Origin: Octopus sinensis | Taxonomy: Eukaryota | Direction: 5' to 3' | Assembly (NCBI RefSeq): GCF_006345805.1 | Contig: NC_042999.1 | Location: 67,270,001 to 67,334,000 of the forward strand | Length of the DNA stretch: 64,000 nt | In this document: one piece after another, positions 40,256 through 54,947 of the stretch | How positions within the stretch are numbered: the stretch's first letter is position 1 | Layout: each line of letters begins with the position of its first letter | The notes under the pieces: generated by a model | Told to the model about the DNA's origin: nothing | Databases searched by the model: none | Seen by the model: only the letters and a program-made list of their open reading frames with translations | Translations under genes and position numbers: made by a program

Positions 40256-41394
40256 GGACAGAAGGGGAAATGTTTCAACTGTCTAACAGATATAGAATGA
40301 ATTTTCAGATTACATCAAATTGCAGCGTATAATGCTGGTTTTACATATAATGTTTTTATTAGATTATCAAATAGGGATAACAAAGGCTTTCTTTGGTGAT
40401 AGAGAACAAATTACACGGGTTACAAAAATATGAAACCTCTAAAACAAGAACTGCAATGCTGAAAGCTGTAAGCGTCGTTAACCAGCTTTTTTACGTTTCC
40501 TCATACACTGTGAGTTCATATTCCTGTTGAAGTCAAGTTAACCAATCATCCTTCAGAGATCGATTTAAAAAATATTCTTCTATTGTATAGCCTTATGTAT
40601 TGGCTTTATGTACAGATGCACGTGAGGATGAACAGTGAACTAGTAAATGCCAAATAAAAGGTGAAAAATTTAATTTCCCAACAATTTCTACACATTGCAC
40701 ACAAATAGATGATAATTTATCAGTTAAAAAATGTGTGAAGAAATTGAACGATACTGTTCACAACACCATGTGTTTTAGCTAATGAAGAAAGAACATTAGC
40801 TCATTAACGCTAACTTCAGTTCTCGAACGTATTGCTTTGAGCGAAACAGAAGGAACTGTTAGTAATTCTTTCATTCACTAACATATGTCACATAGTACTG
40901 AAAAAAAAGCCTTCATGGTTGATATATGTAACGAAACAAAGCGCCTCCTAACCGGAGCAACATGGTCGCTTACCTCTGCATTTATAGAAAACACGGAGGT
41001 CTCGTCTCTGCATTTTTTAAAAACAGAAAAGCTTTCCTTGTACTTTCATGATCGACACGGTGACAGATTCGTTTAGAGCGTTGGATATTTGTTTCGATCC
41101 TCTGCACTCTGATTTCAAATATCACCGAGGTCATATTCGCTTTTCATTTTCTTGAATTTTATAAACTAAAAATACCAGTTTTTTTTGGTTTTTTTTGACA
41201 GAACTGAGAAAACTTCGAACCGGATGCTTGTGGTATTTGTCCCAGCTGTCTCCACCGTGAGTTCAAATTCCGCCATTGTCTGTTTCAGTAAAAGACTCAG
41301 TTCGATGCCCGAGTTAACGTCATTATTTGGCTCCTTGCTTACTTTTAGCGGAGTTCACTCTTTTGCAAGCATTTAACAACAATCTCCAGTTTCT

Positions 41395-41600
41395 TTTATC
41401 CTTTACTTCTTTTAGCCATTTGCAGCCATGCTGGACCACTGCCTCGAAGAATTTTACTCGAATGAATCGACTCCAATATTTTTTTAAAGCCTGGAACTTA
41501 TTCTATCGACCTTTTTTGCTGAGCTGCTAAGTTGCAGAACGTAAACTGGTTGTAAAGTGGTAGTAGGGAACAAACACGGACACAAAGACACACACGCACG

Positions 41601-41667
<67 letters not shown>

Positions 41668-41797
41668 CGTATTTCCTTCAATTTCCGTCCACCAAACCAA
41701 CTCACAAGGCTTTGGTCGGCCTGGAGTTATAGTAGGAGGCACTTGCTCAAGGTGCCATGCAGTGGGACTGAACCAAGAACAGTGTGATTGGAAGCAA
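41395..41797 (-). mobile_element. SINE family B
   Basis: Homology to other B copies with internal (CA)n. Confidence 0.8.
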
Positions 41798-42019
41798 AAA
41801 CGAAAAAATATAACAAGTGAAGATAGCCCAAGCCGGAGCGTAGAAATATATCTCCAGCTTTGGTCAGCATAGGGGTTAAGGAACTGATAATTTGGTTTCA
41901 AAATTGAACAGATGACTGCAGACCGAGCAGGGAATTAATGCATCTGTACATAAAGCCAAAACATAAGGCTATACAATAGAAGAGTTACCGTGAAGGACTC
42001 TGGAGATTACATTGACTCT

Positions 42020-42290
42020 TTGCTGATCATCATCTTCACCAGCATCATCATTACCATCATCGTATTCATCATCATCATCACCACCACCACTACCACCACC
42101 ACCATCACCACCACCACCACCATAACTACCACCATCACCACCATCACCACCACCACCACCATCACCACCACCATCATCACCACTACCATCATCACCACTA
42201 CCATCATCACCACCACCATCACCACCACCACCACCCTTCTTCTTCTTCTTCTTCTTCTCCTTCTTCTTCTCCTCCTCCTCCTCCTCCTAT
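42020..42290. repeat. Compound triplet microsatellite (CAT/CAC then CTT/CTC)
   Basis: Direct reading. Confidence 0.95.
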
Positions 42291-42954
42291 CGTGCGTCGA
42301 ACACGATGACAAACACCGTACACTCTGTAATTAAATTACTGGCTTACGAATGTTTGTTCGGTCCTCATGTCTTTCAAAGCTGATAACTAATAATAGCAGG
42401 GCTTGCTGCTCCTCAGAAATACACGATTTACGCCCTCATCCGACCTTAAAAATCATAATAAAAAGAAATGTGTACCATAAAGATTCGTTTACGATCTTTC
42501 AACCGCTGTCTCTTGCTTGAAGAAACCTAACTGCTGCATATTAATGCTTGGAGAAGAGACCTGCGCTGTGGCTTGTTGAAAGTTAGCCTTGGTATGTTAT
42601 AACCTGTCTTAGTTGAAAGTTAACTGCGGCCTGCCTTGCTTGAGCGCTCGAAGTATTCTGTTGTGAGTAAGACACCAAACTGTTCAACTTGGGTAAAAAG
42701 GGCTCGAATTTTGAGAATATTTGAGAAGTCGTGTCACACCACAGCTTCAGGATGATAGGTCGATTTATAAAGCAGTCACATGAAACTGTAGTGGTATACT
42801 CATTATCCCAAACTGATAATTTCGCGGCTGGAGTTTGACTCCCTACAAGAAATATTGATTGACTTTTGTTTTGCTTATAACACATTTCAGGAAATGTAAC
42901 GAAGTTATTGCCATGAAGAGGCGTTGATCACTTTGACAAAAAGGAAAGTGTGTA

Positions 42955-42987
<33 letters not shown>

Positions 42988-43670
42988 AAGAATGAGAGAT
43001 AAAGTAGCAAACACATCTATATGACACCTTTATAGTTGTAAATGATGACCGCCACCCACAACATGGAAGCACAACAGCTATGGGAACACAACAGATCAGT
43101 TATGTTACCTAAATCTGTTAGAAGTAGCAGCGAAATCACTCACCCTTTAATGTCGCGGGAAAATGGCAGACACACTGGATAATGCAGTTGTTCAAACGCT
43201 ATTTCTTTTATAAAAGAAGGATATGGCTAAATGTGACTGGCATGCCTGTGATTCTTAGTATGCATATTCAGTATTGATTTAGGGTTAACAGCATACCACA
43301 AACCAGTGCAAAAACCTTACGCTCTCATTCTACTTTTTAGATATTGTATCCATCCAAATTTTCGACAAATTTCACACTACTGTTTTTATAATTTGTTAAA
43401 AAGACGCATTCAGTGCGTCTTTATTACTAGCAACGTATGCGAAAGAATTGCCGACAGACCCTTTTGTGTCGTTCAAAACAACACAGCCATTGATTAAAGG
43501 TACAGTGGAAAATGTAGTTCAAAATAGAAAGAAAAAAGAAAAGAAGTTCGTTGTTGGAGCGCTTTTTGTTCATGGGACTATTTGATCAGGGTCGGCCTAG
43601 GGCTAAGAAACAACAAAAACTAGAACACTAACGACATCGTTTCATACCTGTAAGACGAGGTACTCTTTGC

Positions 43671-43887
43671 TCTTTTACTCTTTTACTTGTTTCAGTCATT
43701 TGATTGTGGCTACGCTGGAGCACCGCCTTTTAGTCGAGCAAATCGATCCCAGAACTTATTCTTTGTAAGCCTAGTACTTATTCTGTCGGTCTCTTTTGCC
43801 GAACCGCTAAGTTACAGGGAACGTAAACACACCAGCATCGGTTGTCAAGCGATGTTGGGTGGACAAACACAGACACATAAAACACAA

Positions 43888-43928
<41 letters not shown>

Positions 43929-44097
43929 TATATACGACGGGCTTCTTTCAGTTTACGTCTACCAAATCCACTCACAAGGCTTTGGTCGGCCCGAGGCTAT
44001 AGTAGAAGACACTTGCCCAAGATACCACACAGTGGGACTAAACCCGGAACCATGTGGTTGGTAAGCAAGCTACTTACCACACAGCTACTCCTACGCC
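43671..44097 (-). mobile_element. SINE family B, full length
   Basis: Complete head-to-tail match. Confidence 0.92.
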
Positions 44098-45092
44098 TAT
44101 GGTATTATTTATTAAGAAGGTATTATTTATTAACATCAAACTGCAGAATACATAGATCAGAATTGGTCCCCTGGACCCGTAAGGACCCCCGGGTAAATTC
44201 AATGAACTAGACCCTATAGTACTTACTTATTGAGAGCGAGCTACACTATACACAGGTCAGAATTGAACCCTTACATCCGTGCGGCCTCCGCACAACTGTC
44301 TAGTGTGTTCGTGCTTTGAGATTGCACTGCTCGGCAGTATATAATTTCAAAACATGAAAAGCCAGAATAAAATAATTACAGCGTCATTTTCTCTGACACT
44401 TTGATAAATTCATTCAGTCCATCGCCATAATTGCTTCTTATTTAAACACAAGGTCAGCAATTTTGACGGGGGTAGGAATTATTCAGTACCACTGACGCTA
44501 CAGGGTTGCCTTAGTAACATTATAAGCCCTCGAGTAAATCAATGCACAGGGTCCTACAATATTTATTTATTGACAGCAGAATTGGGCCCCTAGACCAGTG
44601 CGCTCCCCCACTCGGGTCAAATGCTTAGTGTAACTATGCCTTAAACCAGCATTGATTAGGTGTCTATATTAAAGTACCTAGACGTATTCCCCAATTGGAT
44701 GAACTTCTTTAGATTCCCCCCAAACAGAATACCATCCTTTATTACTACATCAAGGAGCAGTTTTCTTCTTATTCAACGCAAGATAACTGTTGTCGCTGCC
44801 GCAAATTTGATATTACCCTCTGTTTTGTCGCGTTTCTTGTTCTTGTTCTTGTTGTTATTGAAGCAATTTGCGGAGGTAAATGTTGATTATCAGTAGAGAG
44901 GTGGTCTTTTCTATTGTTATCGCGCATTTAACCACATCCGGTTTTATACAGATGACACCAACCATGCTTCCTCATTATCGTCGACAGGCGTTACCCGCAA
45001 CCAAGTGAGACACATGTTTACATTTATAAACACAGAACTATTGGAAAGACATGCTGCGAAGAACATACAGCAGCCATGTCCCGTTCAAAAGA

Positions 45093-45125
<33 letters not shown>

Positions 45126-45283
45126 TGTATGTATGTATGTATGTATGTATGTATGTATGTATGTATGTATGTATAATAATAATAATTTATTATATTGCAT
45201 TGTATTGTATTTTATTATATAATACATACATATAGTATGTGTGCATATATGTGTATATACATACATACACACCACACACACAC

Positions 45284-45343
<60 letters not shown>

Positions 45344-45366
45344 TTATATATATATATTTATATATA

Positions 45367-47040
45367 CTAGCAGTATAGCCCGGCGTTGCCCGGGACTAAG
45401 TAAGGATTATTAAGCTAATCAAGCGCTTTGTTTCAAATCAAATTAAGTTACAACGACGTCAAATTTGAGCGAAATCCATTGAAATTGGTTAAACGTTTGG
45501 CTGAAAATAGGTTGCAGACGATTTGATTGGGAAATCCCATAAAGAATCGGTTTATCGATTTTCCCACTCATCGAATGTCTTTTTTTTTTTTTTTTTTGGA
45601 GAACTTAAAGCACTCAAAGATCCCATGAGTCCTAAGTTTGAACAAAATACGACAAAATTGTGAAAAGTTATAGCTGAAAATGGGGTGTACCCAATTTAGT
45701 GGGAAATTCTATAAGGAATTAGCGGGAAATCCTATGAGAAATCAGTTTATCGATTTTTCATCCTGATTGAATGAAAAACCCTATAAGGAGTCAGTTTATT
45801 GATTTTTCACTCCAAATAGGACTTAAACCGAACACAACATTGCTGATTCAAAAAATCTATATTTATACTTTAAAGTTGGTTTTCACACCCAACCCAGTTC
45901 TGCAGAATCAGTGTCATGACGGGAACGCATGGGTTGGGAGTTTGACCAGCAGAGGCGATCAAGTTGCACATGTCGGCCTTTTCGAATCCCCCCATCATCT
46001 ACCCCCCCCCCACACACACACACACTTGGCCTATGTGTTGGGAAACCTTCCGGCAAGGAAAATAGAACAACCAAAAAGACTCCCAATCTGTGTCAAAAGA
46101 GGTTCTGTTCGGATCGCAGCTAAGCCTTAATCTAAGCCTAAGCTAACATAGTACCCCTCCTAGGGGTACTATCGGTCAAGGCTGCATCGAAGATATGCAT
46201 TGTAAAAGGTTGCCTCAGAGATCTGCATCGATAATATGCATTGGAGAAGGTTGCATCGAAGGTTTGCACTGGATAAGGATGCATCGTAGGTTTGCATTGC
46301 AGATCTGCAGTGAAGAAAGTTGACTCAAGGGTTTGGATTGGATAAGGTTGCATTAAAGATCTGCATTGGAGAAGGTTGATTTGAAGGTTTGCATTGGGGA
46401 CCCGTATTAGGAAAACTTACCAACAGCCTTAACAGAAAAATAAGTGGCCTGGCCCTTCTAGCCTAACTCTATGAGCAACTTGGCCAAGCACTGATATCGG
46501 CCGAGTGAGCATTGTTGTTGGAGAAGTCAGCATTGTCCAATAAAGAAGAGGAAGAGTCCATGAGTCATGTTGCCATGGTTTGAGAATAAGTCCGGTCAAT
46601 GCTTCCGGATCACCTGTTTATAACCATATAGGCCGCAATGATGACTTGTTCTTCTTTCTACGTCTATAAAACTTCGCTACAGACAACATTGCGTGTTCTG
46701 CCCTGAGGAGCATACACAAAAAAGAACGTTTCTACTCCCCACACAGGAGCAGGCCACATAAAGTTGCTCATGTGAAAAGCACAGCTCCCCCAAATGCATG
46801 CCCGCCACCGATAGTGTTTGGCCTTGGGATTTGTTGATGGACATGGCGAAGCATGGCCTCACAAGGAACTGCAATCTGCGAAGTTAAACGGCATGTATGA
46901 CCTCGAGGGATAAAGGTGCATCCTTGAAATGAAAACATTTCCGCCCTCCCGCACCCCCTAACAATGGTGGCCTCAATAAAGTGGGGCGTCAGGGACTTGA
47001 CTACGAAGCGGGTCCCATTGCACTGTTGAGGCGGTTAAAG
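45367..47040 (-). mobile_element. Helitron relic: 3' terminus plus Pif1-type helicase C-terminal fragment
   Basis: Hairpin CCCGGGCAACGCCGGG then CTAG|T at 45367; 46677-47040 reads CNGTR.VV..LTPHFIEATI..LQFLVRPCFAMSINKSQGQTL..CFSHEQLYVACS. Confidence 0.88.
46191..46400. repeat. ~28-bp minisatellite (gcattggagaaggtt gcatcgaaggttt)n
   Basis: Alternating 15- and 13-bp subunits. Confidence 0.75.
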
Positions 47041-47126
47041 CGTGTACTCTTTATTCCATTTGAGTTTTATTGAATGATTGTGTAAAATTTCTTTAATAAG
47101 ATATATTGTAAGTTTACACACACACC

Positions 47127-47164
<38 letters not shown>

Positions 47165-47923
47165 CACACACGAGGTACTCTTTGCTCTTTTACTTGCTTC
47201 AGTCATTTGACTGTGGCCATGCTGGAGCACACACTTGGTGTTATTGTTGTTATGATGTGTGTACTCTTTATCCCATTTGAGTTGTTTTGAGTGAAAATGT
47301 GCCGTTTGAGTAGTTCCACTCATTGGATGGTAGGTTTTTTTTAAGGATTAAAGCAGTGATATATTTCTGGTATCATTATAACATCGAAGATGATATATGT
47401 AAGACTGAATTTTTTCCAACAATAATATTGTATACAACTTGAGATGTTGGCCTTACCTTAATGTTTGTTGTCGTTTTTAACAATTATATATCCGCTGCAT
47501 CGGAAATCTCGATATGTTTCGAAAGAAACGACCTGCAAGTGTGAAAAGAGAAGAAAGTGTGTCCAAAAAGCCTAAATAAGCGAAGTGAGAGCTAAAACGC
47601 CAGAAATTGTTATTCTTGAAGTCTTAATAGGAGATTCTCCTTCAAGACAGTTATCCTCCTCCTCCCCGCTCCATCGTCTTCCTCGCGCACAGATCGTCCA
47701 ATCTTTAAGGTAATTAAGTTAATAAAACTAGTTTACATATTTCCTTTGCATTCTCTTTTATGTTTTTACAATTGTCACTTTTCTTGTAACTTCATCTTTT
47801 CTGTTTTAAATTTAGAGAGCTTTTTTTGGTGGGGTGGGGGCGGGCTGGAACAAATTAATTATATTTTTGTTTCAATAGGGAAAATTGGTTTGTAAAACGA
47901 GTAAATCTTAAAACGAGCTCGGT

Positions 47924-47979
<56 letters not shown>

Positions 47980-47982
<3 letters not shown>

Positions 47983-48788
47983 GCTGAATTACCTGGCGTT
48001 GCCCGTGTTACTGCTGTTCTTATTCAGATTAGTAAACAATAAATATGAATATATATTTTTTTTCTCATAATTATTTCAAAATATTTATATTTTATGAAAA
48101 AATATCCAAATTGTAATGATACCAAATTTAGAACTAAAAATCTGTCAATCTTGAAGCACGTCAGGCTAAACAATATTCATTGTGTAAGCTTTTGTTGGTG
48201 TCCAAATGGATAAATTGTTACTGCTTCCAACTCGTGAGCAATGAACATAGAGTTGGCCGTGGGAAAAGCATGTAGTAGAGAGATGACGTCCAACCACCTT
48301 GAGGGATTGACCAAGAGATTTGTTAACTGAAATAACAAAACTTAGTTTGACTGGAAACTGAAGCCTCTTAAATTCAAATGAAACATCTGTTGGTACTAAA
48401 GGATATTTTGGAATAAAGACATTTTCTTCTTTATGACTACCTGTTAGAATTGTTGCCTCTAGGGCATGAGGCTTCATGGAAATAACAGCTAAGCGAGTAC
48501 CATTACTCAGGCGAAGTGGGTCACGATTCCTAAGCAACATAATGGAGCATCCAGCCTTAGTGTGAAGTTATTCAGTGGCATCCCAGTGGATTTAAGTGTG
48601 TTCAGAAATTCAACAGGGTGTTGAACAGCCTAATCTCGATCGACCGTTATGTGAATTGATGGAAAAGTCATTTCTGATGTATCTGTTAACTTTTGAAGCT
48701 TATGATTGAGTTTATCAATCATTTCATTAGTTGGAGCTTTTTCACATAGCCAGTTTACATCAGTGTAATTGACAATCACACATACATT

Positions 48789-48828
<40 letters not shown>

Positions 48829-49368
48829 CACTCTCACGTACACTGACATGCATATACTAAGACACACACACACAGACATACATTTACGTAACGAACGCGC
48901 AAATGCACTCACACACACACACATACACTCACAGACACATACTCAGTCATATACAAAATATGTCGGCGTCGGCGTAGTCGTCGTATAAAATCCCCTTTAC
49001 TATGTCGTACGTAACAAACGCGCAAACACACATACATTGACAGACACATATACACTCATATACAAAATGTGACGTCGTCGTAGTATAAAATCTCCTTTGC
49101 TATGTCGTACGTAACGAACATGCAAACACACACACACTGACAGACACAAACACACTCATACAAAATGTGACGTCATCGTCGTCGCGGTATAAAATGTCTT
49201 TTACCATAGTTGACTATAGAGAGATTATTTTCGAGAAAATGTTATATTATTTAAATCCAAATGAAAATAAAAATTACACGCTGACACTCGCGGGGTGTAA
49301 TACCATTACCTTGTAAAATTTGATTTGGTGGAGCCATTTGAGAATGCATAGGGAACAGATAGACAAAG

Positions 49369-49400
<32 letters not shown>
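47980..49400 (-). mobile_element. Second Helitron relic with helicase C-terminal region
   Basis: NWLCE..APTN..HPVEFLN..GMP..MLLRN..NGTRL..EATILTG..FKRLQFPVKLSF..NKSLGQSL..CFSHGQLYV.CSRV at 48166-48775; 3' hairpin CACGGGCAACGCCAGG near 47990. Confidence 0.88.
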
Positions 49401-49406
<6 letters not shown>

Positions 49407-49964
49407 CATTTCTCCATAAGGCAGAAAAAAGTAAACTCTAAACGAAATTTTAGGTATTCGAGTAGCATATCTTTGGTTGTGGCAAAAACCGGTCAGAAAA
49501 TTGCTGTTGCTTTTGCGCCTGTTACTGCACTTGACAATATGAATGACTCATCAGATCTGTTGGCCGGGAGCACGTAGCCTCTTTACTGCTGGAGGTAAAG
49601 ATACAATCTTAGTCAATTTGGTGGTGAAAAAAGAAAACGAAGTAAAAAAAAAAACAACCTTTTTGAGAGGTAGATAAATTTCTTCTCTTTTCCCTCGCAG
49701 ACGGGTTCTTTTATATTCTAATTCAAACTGGCTAAGATTTACTTCAATCAGTAAAGAGGCTGTGTTCTTCAGGCCAGCATACGTGGTGAGTTGTCTGTAT
49801 CACTTAGTGCACTAACAGACGCGGAACCAACGGCAACTTTTTGACTGGTTATACAGACACATACACACACACACACACTTGGATATACCAGAAAATGACA
49901 TATGTTGATGTCCTAAAGACAGACACTGGTCTCTGTGAGACACAGGTCATGGCACACACACACA

Positions 49965-50005
<41 letters not shown>

Positions 50006-51444
50006 GCACACACACACACATGTATGCAAGTCGATTACCTCGACCTGAGTTTTCAGCTGGTACGCGAATGTATGAAAGGCAAAGTCAACCTCGGCGGAAT
50101 TTGAACTCAGAACCGTAAGGACGAACTAAATGCTGCTAAGCAATTTGTGCGGCGTGCAAACAAATCTGTCAGCACGCCTCCTTATGTATATATGTAGTAA
50201 TAATGACTTTATAAAACCCAAAACGCACTTCCTTAACAAAATCAAATGGTACCATAACAACAAATACTAGACTACGTGTTTGGAGACTGAAGTTACTTCA
50301 GTCCTTCATAGGGACTGATCCTCTTTAAGGGACAAGGGAACTCTACAGTATTAGGGTAGCACTGCAATATCTGGGATGATGCAATGTTGTTTTACCATGA
50401 GGTCGGAATGCAGAATTCTTACCACACAGCCATGTCCGCGCATATAAATATGCTGGTGTACGCGAGTGAGTGTGTGTGTGTGTGCATTCTTTTATCATAT
50501 TTTTAACTGGTCCACGTATTAGATGAAGATCATACAGGGACATGGCCTTAATATTTTAATGAATTAAACTGACTCTTTTTATAAAGCCTGGTACTTATTT
50601 TATCGCTCGCTTTTTGATGAATCTGTAGATTTACTATTTGTTCGTCCTAAGCTTCTGACACGCGCCAGTATCTGGGAAATGTAACTGTAATGCTGTCTGT
50701 AAATAAAACAAAGCCAAAGGCTAAAAATCATTGGCCCTTAATCAATGAGTCGTAAGGTGAAAGTGAATAATAGAATTCTGTCTGTTTAAACTTTGGGGCG
50801 ATTCCATCTAGCTGCAGTGACCTTTTATTACAACAAACAATACTTGCAACTACTAAATTCATTGATGTATTTGATTTCAAGCGTCAGCCTTCAACCCACA
50901 ACGATTAGAACAAGTGTTATTTGTTAATCGATGAAGAAATGCTGGCAGTTGTAGTGTGTCTCTCGTCTGCACGAGGTCCTTCGTGCAGACGAGTCACATA
51001 TTACAACTACCAAAATGTATTTTAATAGAAATAAGTGAAACGGAGATTAAAAAGCGAGGTACCATTTGAGATATATATATATATACGTGTGTTTATGCAT
51101 ATACATGTATAATGTATTTGTGTATATATACAATATCTCCAGGTATCTATCTAAGTATGAAAATGTAGACGCGTGGTATAGTATTTAATCTATAGGTGTT
51201 AAGCTATAGGGTCGTAAGATCATAGGGTCGTAAGTTCGATTTCCTGACAAAGCAGCGCGCCGTGTTCCTAAATAAGGTATTTCATTTCACATTACTTTAT
51301 TTCATTCAGGTGAAAATGAGTTCCAGCTAACTACTATTGCAGCCCACTCTCCCTTTAGCCATCACACTCTCGATATTCCGCCAGCTAAAGGGTGAGACAC
51401 CCAAAAGTGTGTCTATGTTTTCTCATGAATACATAAGCACTTGA

Positions 51445-51676
51445 AAGGCGGCGAGCTGGCAGAAACGTTAGCACACCGGGCGAAATGCGTAGCCGTATTT
51501 CGACCGCCGCTACGTTCTGAGTTCAAATTCCGCCGAGGTCGACTTTGCCTTTCATCCTTTCGAGGTCGATAAATTAAGTACCAGTTTCGCACTGGGGTCG
51601 ATATAAACGACTTAATCCGTTTGTCTGTCCTTGTTTGTCCCCTCTATGTTTAGCCCCTTGTGGGTAGTAAAGAAAT
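51445..51676 (+). mobile_element. SINE family A, full-length monomer with 16-bp TSD
   Basis: atacataagcacttga (51429-51444) / atacataagcacctga (51677-51692). Confidence 0.95.
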
Positions 51677-53236
51677 ATACATAAGCACCTGAAGCAAAGA
51701 AAGCGATGCACAAGCGCCCAGGTTACAGGTGTTTGCAAATGAGGGTCAAGATTTTTCGTAAATGTTCGCTTCATGATGTTATTTCAAGGTGGTTTTAAGA
51801 ACAGCAACAGAATCATTAGAGAATTCGTTTTGACTATTACTGCCCAACTGCCTATTGAACCGTATATGCTCTTTTCTCCCTTTGTTTAAGTCATTATACT
51901 CCGACCTTGCTCGGGCGCCACCGTCAAGGATATCTGCTCGGTCATACTGACCTCAATTTTAATTCTAGCACTTATTTTAGTGATTTACATTAATCGCATC
52001 GCTAAGTTACATGACAAACACAAACAAAAGCAAGCAGACAGAAACTCACGCGCCTGCACATATATTCGCACATAAATAACATAAATAAATGCGTGTGTGT
52101 GTGTGTGTGTGCATATAGATATGCATGTGTGTCAATGCATCCTGACATATCTACCTGCCTTTTTAAATGTTTTTATAGTTCGGATTATTGACGTATTACA
52201 TTGATTTTCTTTCAACAGGTGTTGTTTACTTAATCTTGATATCACCACCACCACCACCACAATCATCCCAGAGTTGAATGACATTCGATTATTAAAGAGT
52301 TAATGAGGGAACTTCTGTGTGATCGGTTAGCGTGGTAGAAATAGCAGCCATATCTCCCTTGATCTCCTTTTCTCATTTCCAGCATTTATAGTTTTTGAAT
52401 TGCAGAAAAGCAAATGAATTATTGTGTTTAGCGAAAGAGGTTAGCTGGATGATTCGTTTGTACGTTGAGCAAAAGTTTAACGGCAGTTTTTGCGGTTTAG
52501 AGTTCAAACTCCGTGGAGGAAGATTTTTGCCTTTCATCTTTTTAGAGTCGACAAAATAAATACTGGAAAAGCATTCCACGCAATCGCCTTATTCTTTCCT
52601 TCAAAACTGCTGACCTTACACCAAAATTAGAATATTTTTAAGAAATAAAGGCGAAATATTGCTTTTTTTGTTTTTGTTTTTGTATAAATATAATGCATTA
52701 CTACAAAAATGTAACGGCGAATCATTGAGAAATAAGTATGAGTGTTTGTAAGAATCTAAAAATACATTTCAAAAAGATATGCCCTGTGGCAGCAACATCT
52801 TCTCGAGGACTATCTCGAACATAAGTGTCATTGATTGCACTTTCTAGCTCACCAACATTATTGGTAGAACGGCGGGGATTGGCGAAAACATTAGGGTCTT
52901 GTCGTATTTGCTTTATGTTTCTTACGTTATTCTGAGTTCAAATCCCGCAGGGTTGGTTTTGCTTTTCATTTTCCTAAGGTTGACAACATAAAGAACAAAT
53001 CGAATACTTGCGTTGATACAGCTGAACTATATCTCTCCCCAATAAAATGTCTGGCCTTGTATCTATGAAAGACATTATCCTTATTATTATTGTGATTATG
53101 CCGGACAAAATGTTTAGACACATTTTCATCTGTCCTTAAGTCCTGATCTCAAATTCCGCCGAGATCATCTTTACCTTTCATTCTCTTGAGATCGATGAAT
53201 TATCAGTCAAGCATTGGGGTCGATGTAATCGACTTA

Positions 53237-54168
53237 CAAAGTGGTATCAAAGAGTTCCCAGACCATTTCTGTAGCGCGCCAACAGATGGCAGCACACGGT
53301 TGCATGCGCAGTGAGAGTTAGCAGTGACGTTGATGAGGCAGTGAGCCGAGTGACATCATTGTGCTTGCTTCTCAAGTTGTAAAATTTATGTTTTTGTGAT
53401 CACGTGTATGCTGTAGTCTGCGATTTTTGTCAGGAAAGGGAAGTTGAAACAGTGAAATTTTGCGTTAAACTTCGGAAGTCTGCTACGGAGGCATTAAGCA
53501 TGCTTCGGCAAGCTTACGGCGACGAGGCAACGGGTTTTGTACGCAGTGTTTTGAGTGACACGGACGCTTCAAAAGTTGAAGGACGTCCCTGGATGATGAT
53601 AAACAACCTGGAAAACCTGCCACAAGCGCCACCAACAGAAATGTGAAGAAAATTCATCCGCTGGTGCATGAGGATCGTCGGAGGACATTCAACGACGTTG
53701 CTGATGTAGTTGTTTGTCGTATGGGTCCATGGAGGCAATCCAAAGTTTGGATTCTTCCCGACGACAGTGCACTTTTCACCGAGCTCTCCTCACTTGTGTG
53801 TGTGTTTTTTACCAAAGACAACATGGTATCTCTTCCGTACCCGTCCTAATCGCCACATTTACGAGCACCTGTGGACTTCCATCTATTTCTCAAGATGAAA
53901 ATCCAGCTCAAAGGTCACCGTTTTAACACCGTTGTCGTGATCCAAAGCGAATCGCAGAATGTCCTTGGCTCGCTTACTTCCAGACTGGATTCCAAACCTT
54001 ACTTCCAGACTTTACTTCCAGACCGGATTCCAGAAGTGGCAGGAACGCTGAGACCGGTGTACTGCTGCGCAAGGTGACTATTTCAAAGGAGATGACGTTA
54101 AAAACTTAGACAAATAAGTTATTTTTCATTCAATATAATTAGTCTGGGAACTCTTTGATACTACCTCG
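53237..54168 (+). mobile_element. Internally deleted mariner transposon inserted in a family C SINE
   Basis: TA-flanked TIRs ..gtatcaaagagttcccagac; VKFCVKLRKSATE..ML..AYGDEA, VHEDRRRT, DFHLF.KMK..LKGHRF. Confidence 0.92.
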
Positions 54169-54849
54169 TACTACCTACCGTGAACTTGCTGGCCTTGTGC
54201 TAAAATTTGTAACCATTATTATCATTCTGATTATGCTGGACAAAATGGTTAGGCACATTTTCGTCCGTTCTTACGAGAGTTTGACTTTGCCTTTCATGCT
54301 TCCTGGGTCAATAAATCAAGTATCAATCGAGCACTGGGGTTGATGTAATCGACTAGTCTCCTCTCACAAAATTTCGGGCCTTGTTCCTATACTAGAAAGG
54401 TTTATTATCATTATCATATTATAATTCTGCTTGTTCCTTCCTTAGTTACTTAGTTCGTCCGTTCGTTACTCTCTTCTTATAATATGCAGAGAGGTAGTGA
54501 GAGAGAGTGGTGATAGAAAGTGTTTGTATGTGTGTGTGAAACGGAAGACAAGTAGATAAATACATCGTCATATTGTTAAATCAAAGAAAAATAAACAAGG
54601 CAAACTTTCGATGTTACTTTTACTTTTTGATACAGAGGAGGGACAGAGAGGTAGTGAGAGAGAGAGAGGGACAGAGAGAGAGAAAGAGAGAGAGAGAGTG
54701 GTGACAGAAAGTGTGTATGTGAGTGTGTGTGTGAACGTGTGACATTCTGTGTTTATTTATAGATAGATGGATAGATAGACGACAGACAGATAGATTGATA
54801 GATAGGTAGGTAGATAAATAGATAGATAGATAAATAGATAGATAGATAA

Positions 54850-54922
<73 letters not shown>

Positions 54923-54947
54923 CACACAGATAGACAGTTAGATAGAT

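Noticed and set aside
42583-42885. 100-aa minus-strand ORF as a coding exon
   Set aside because: Possible AG/GT boundaries exist, but there is no recognisable domain or partner exon.
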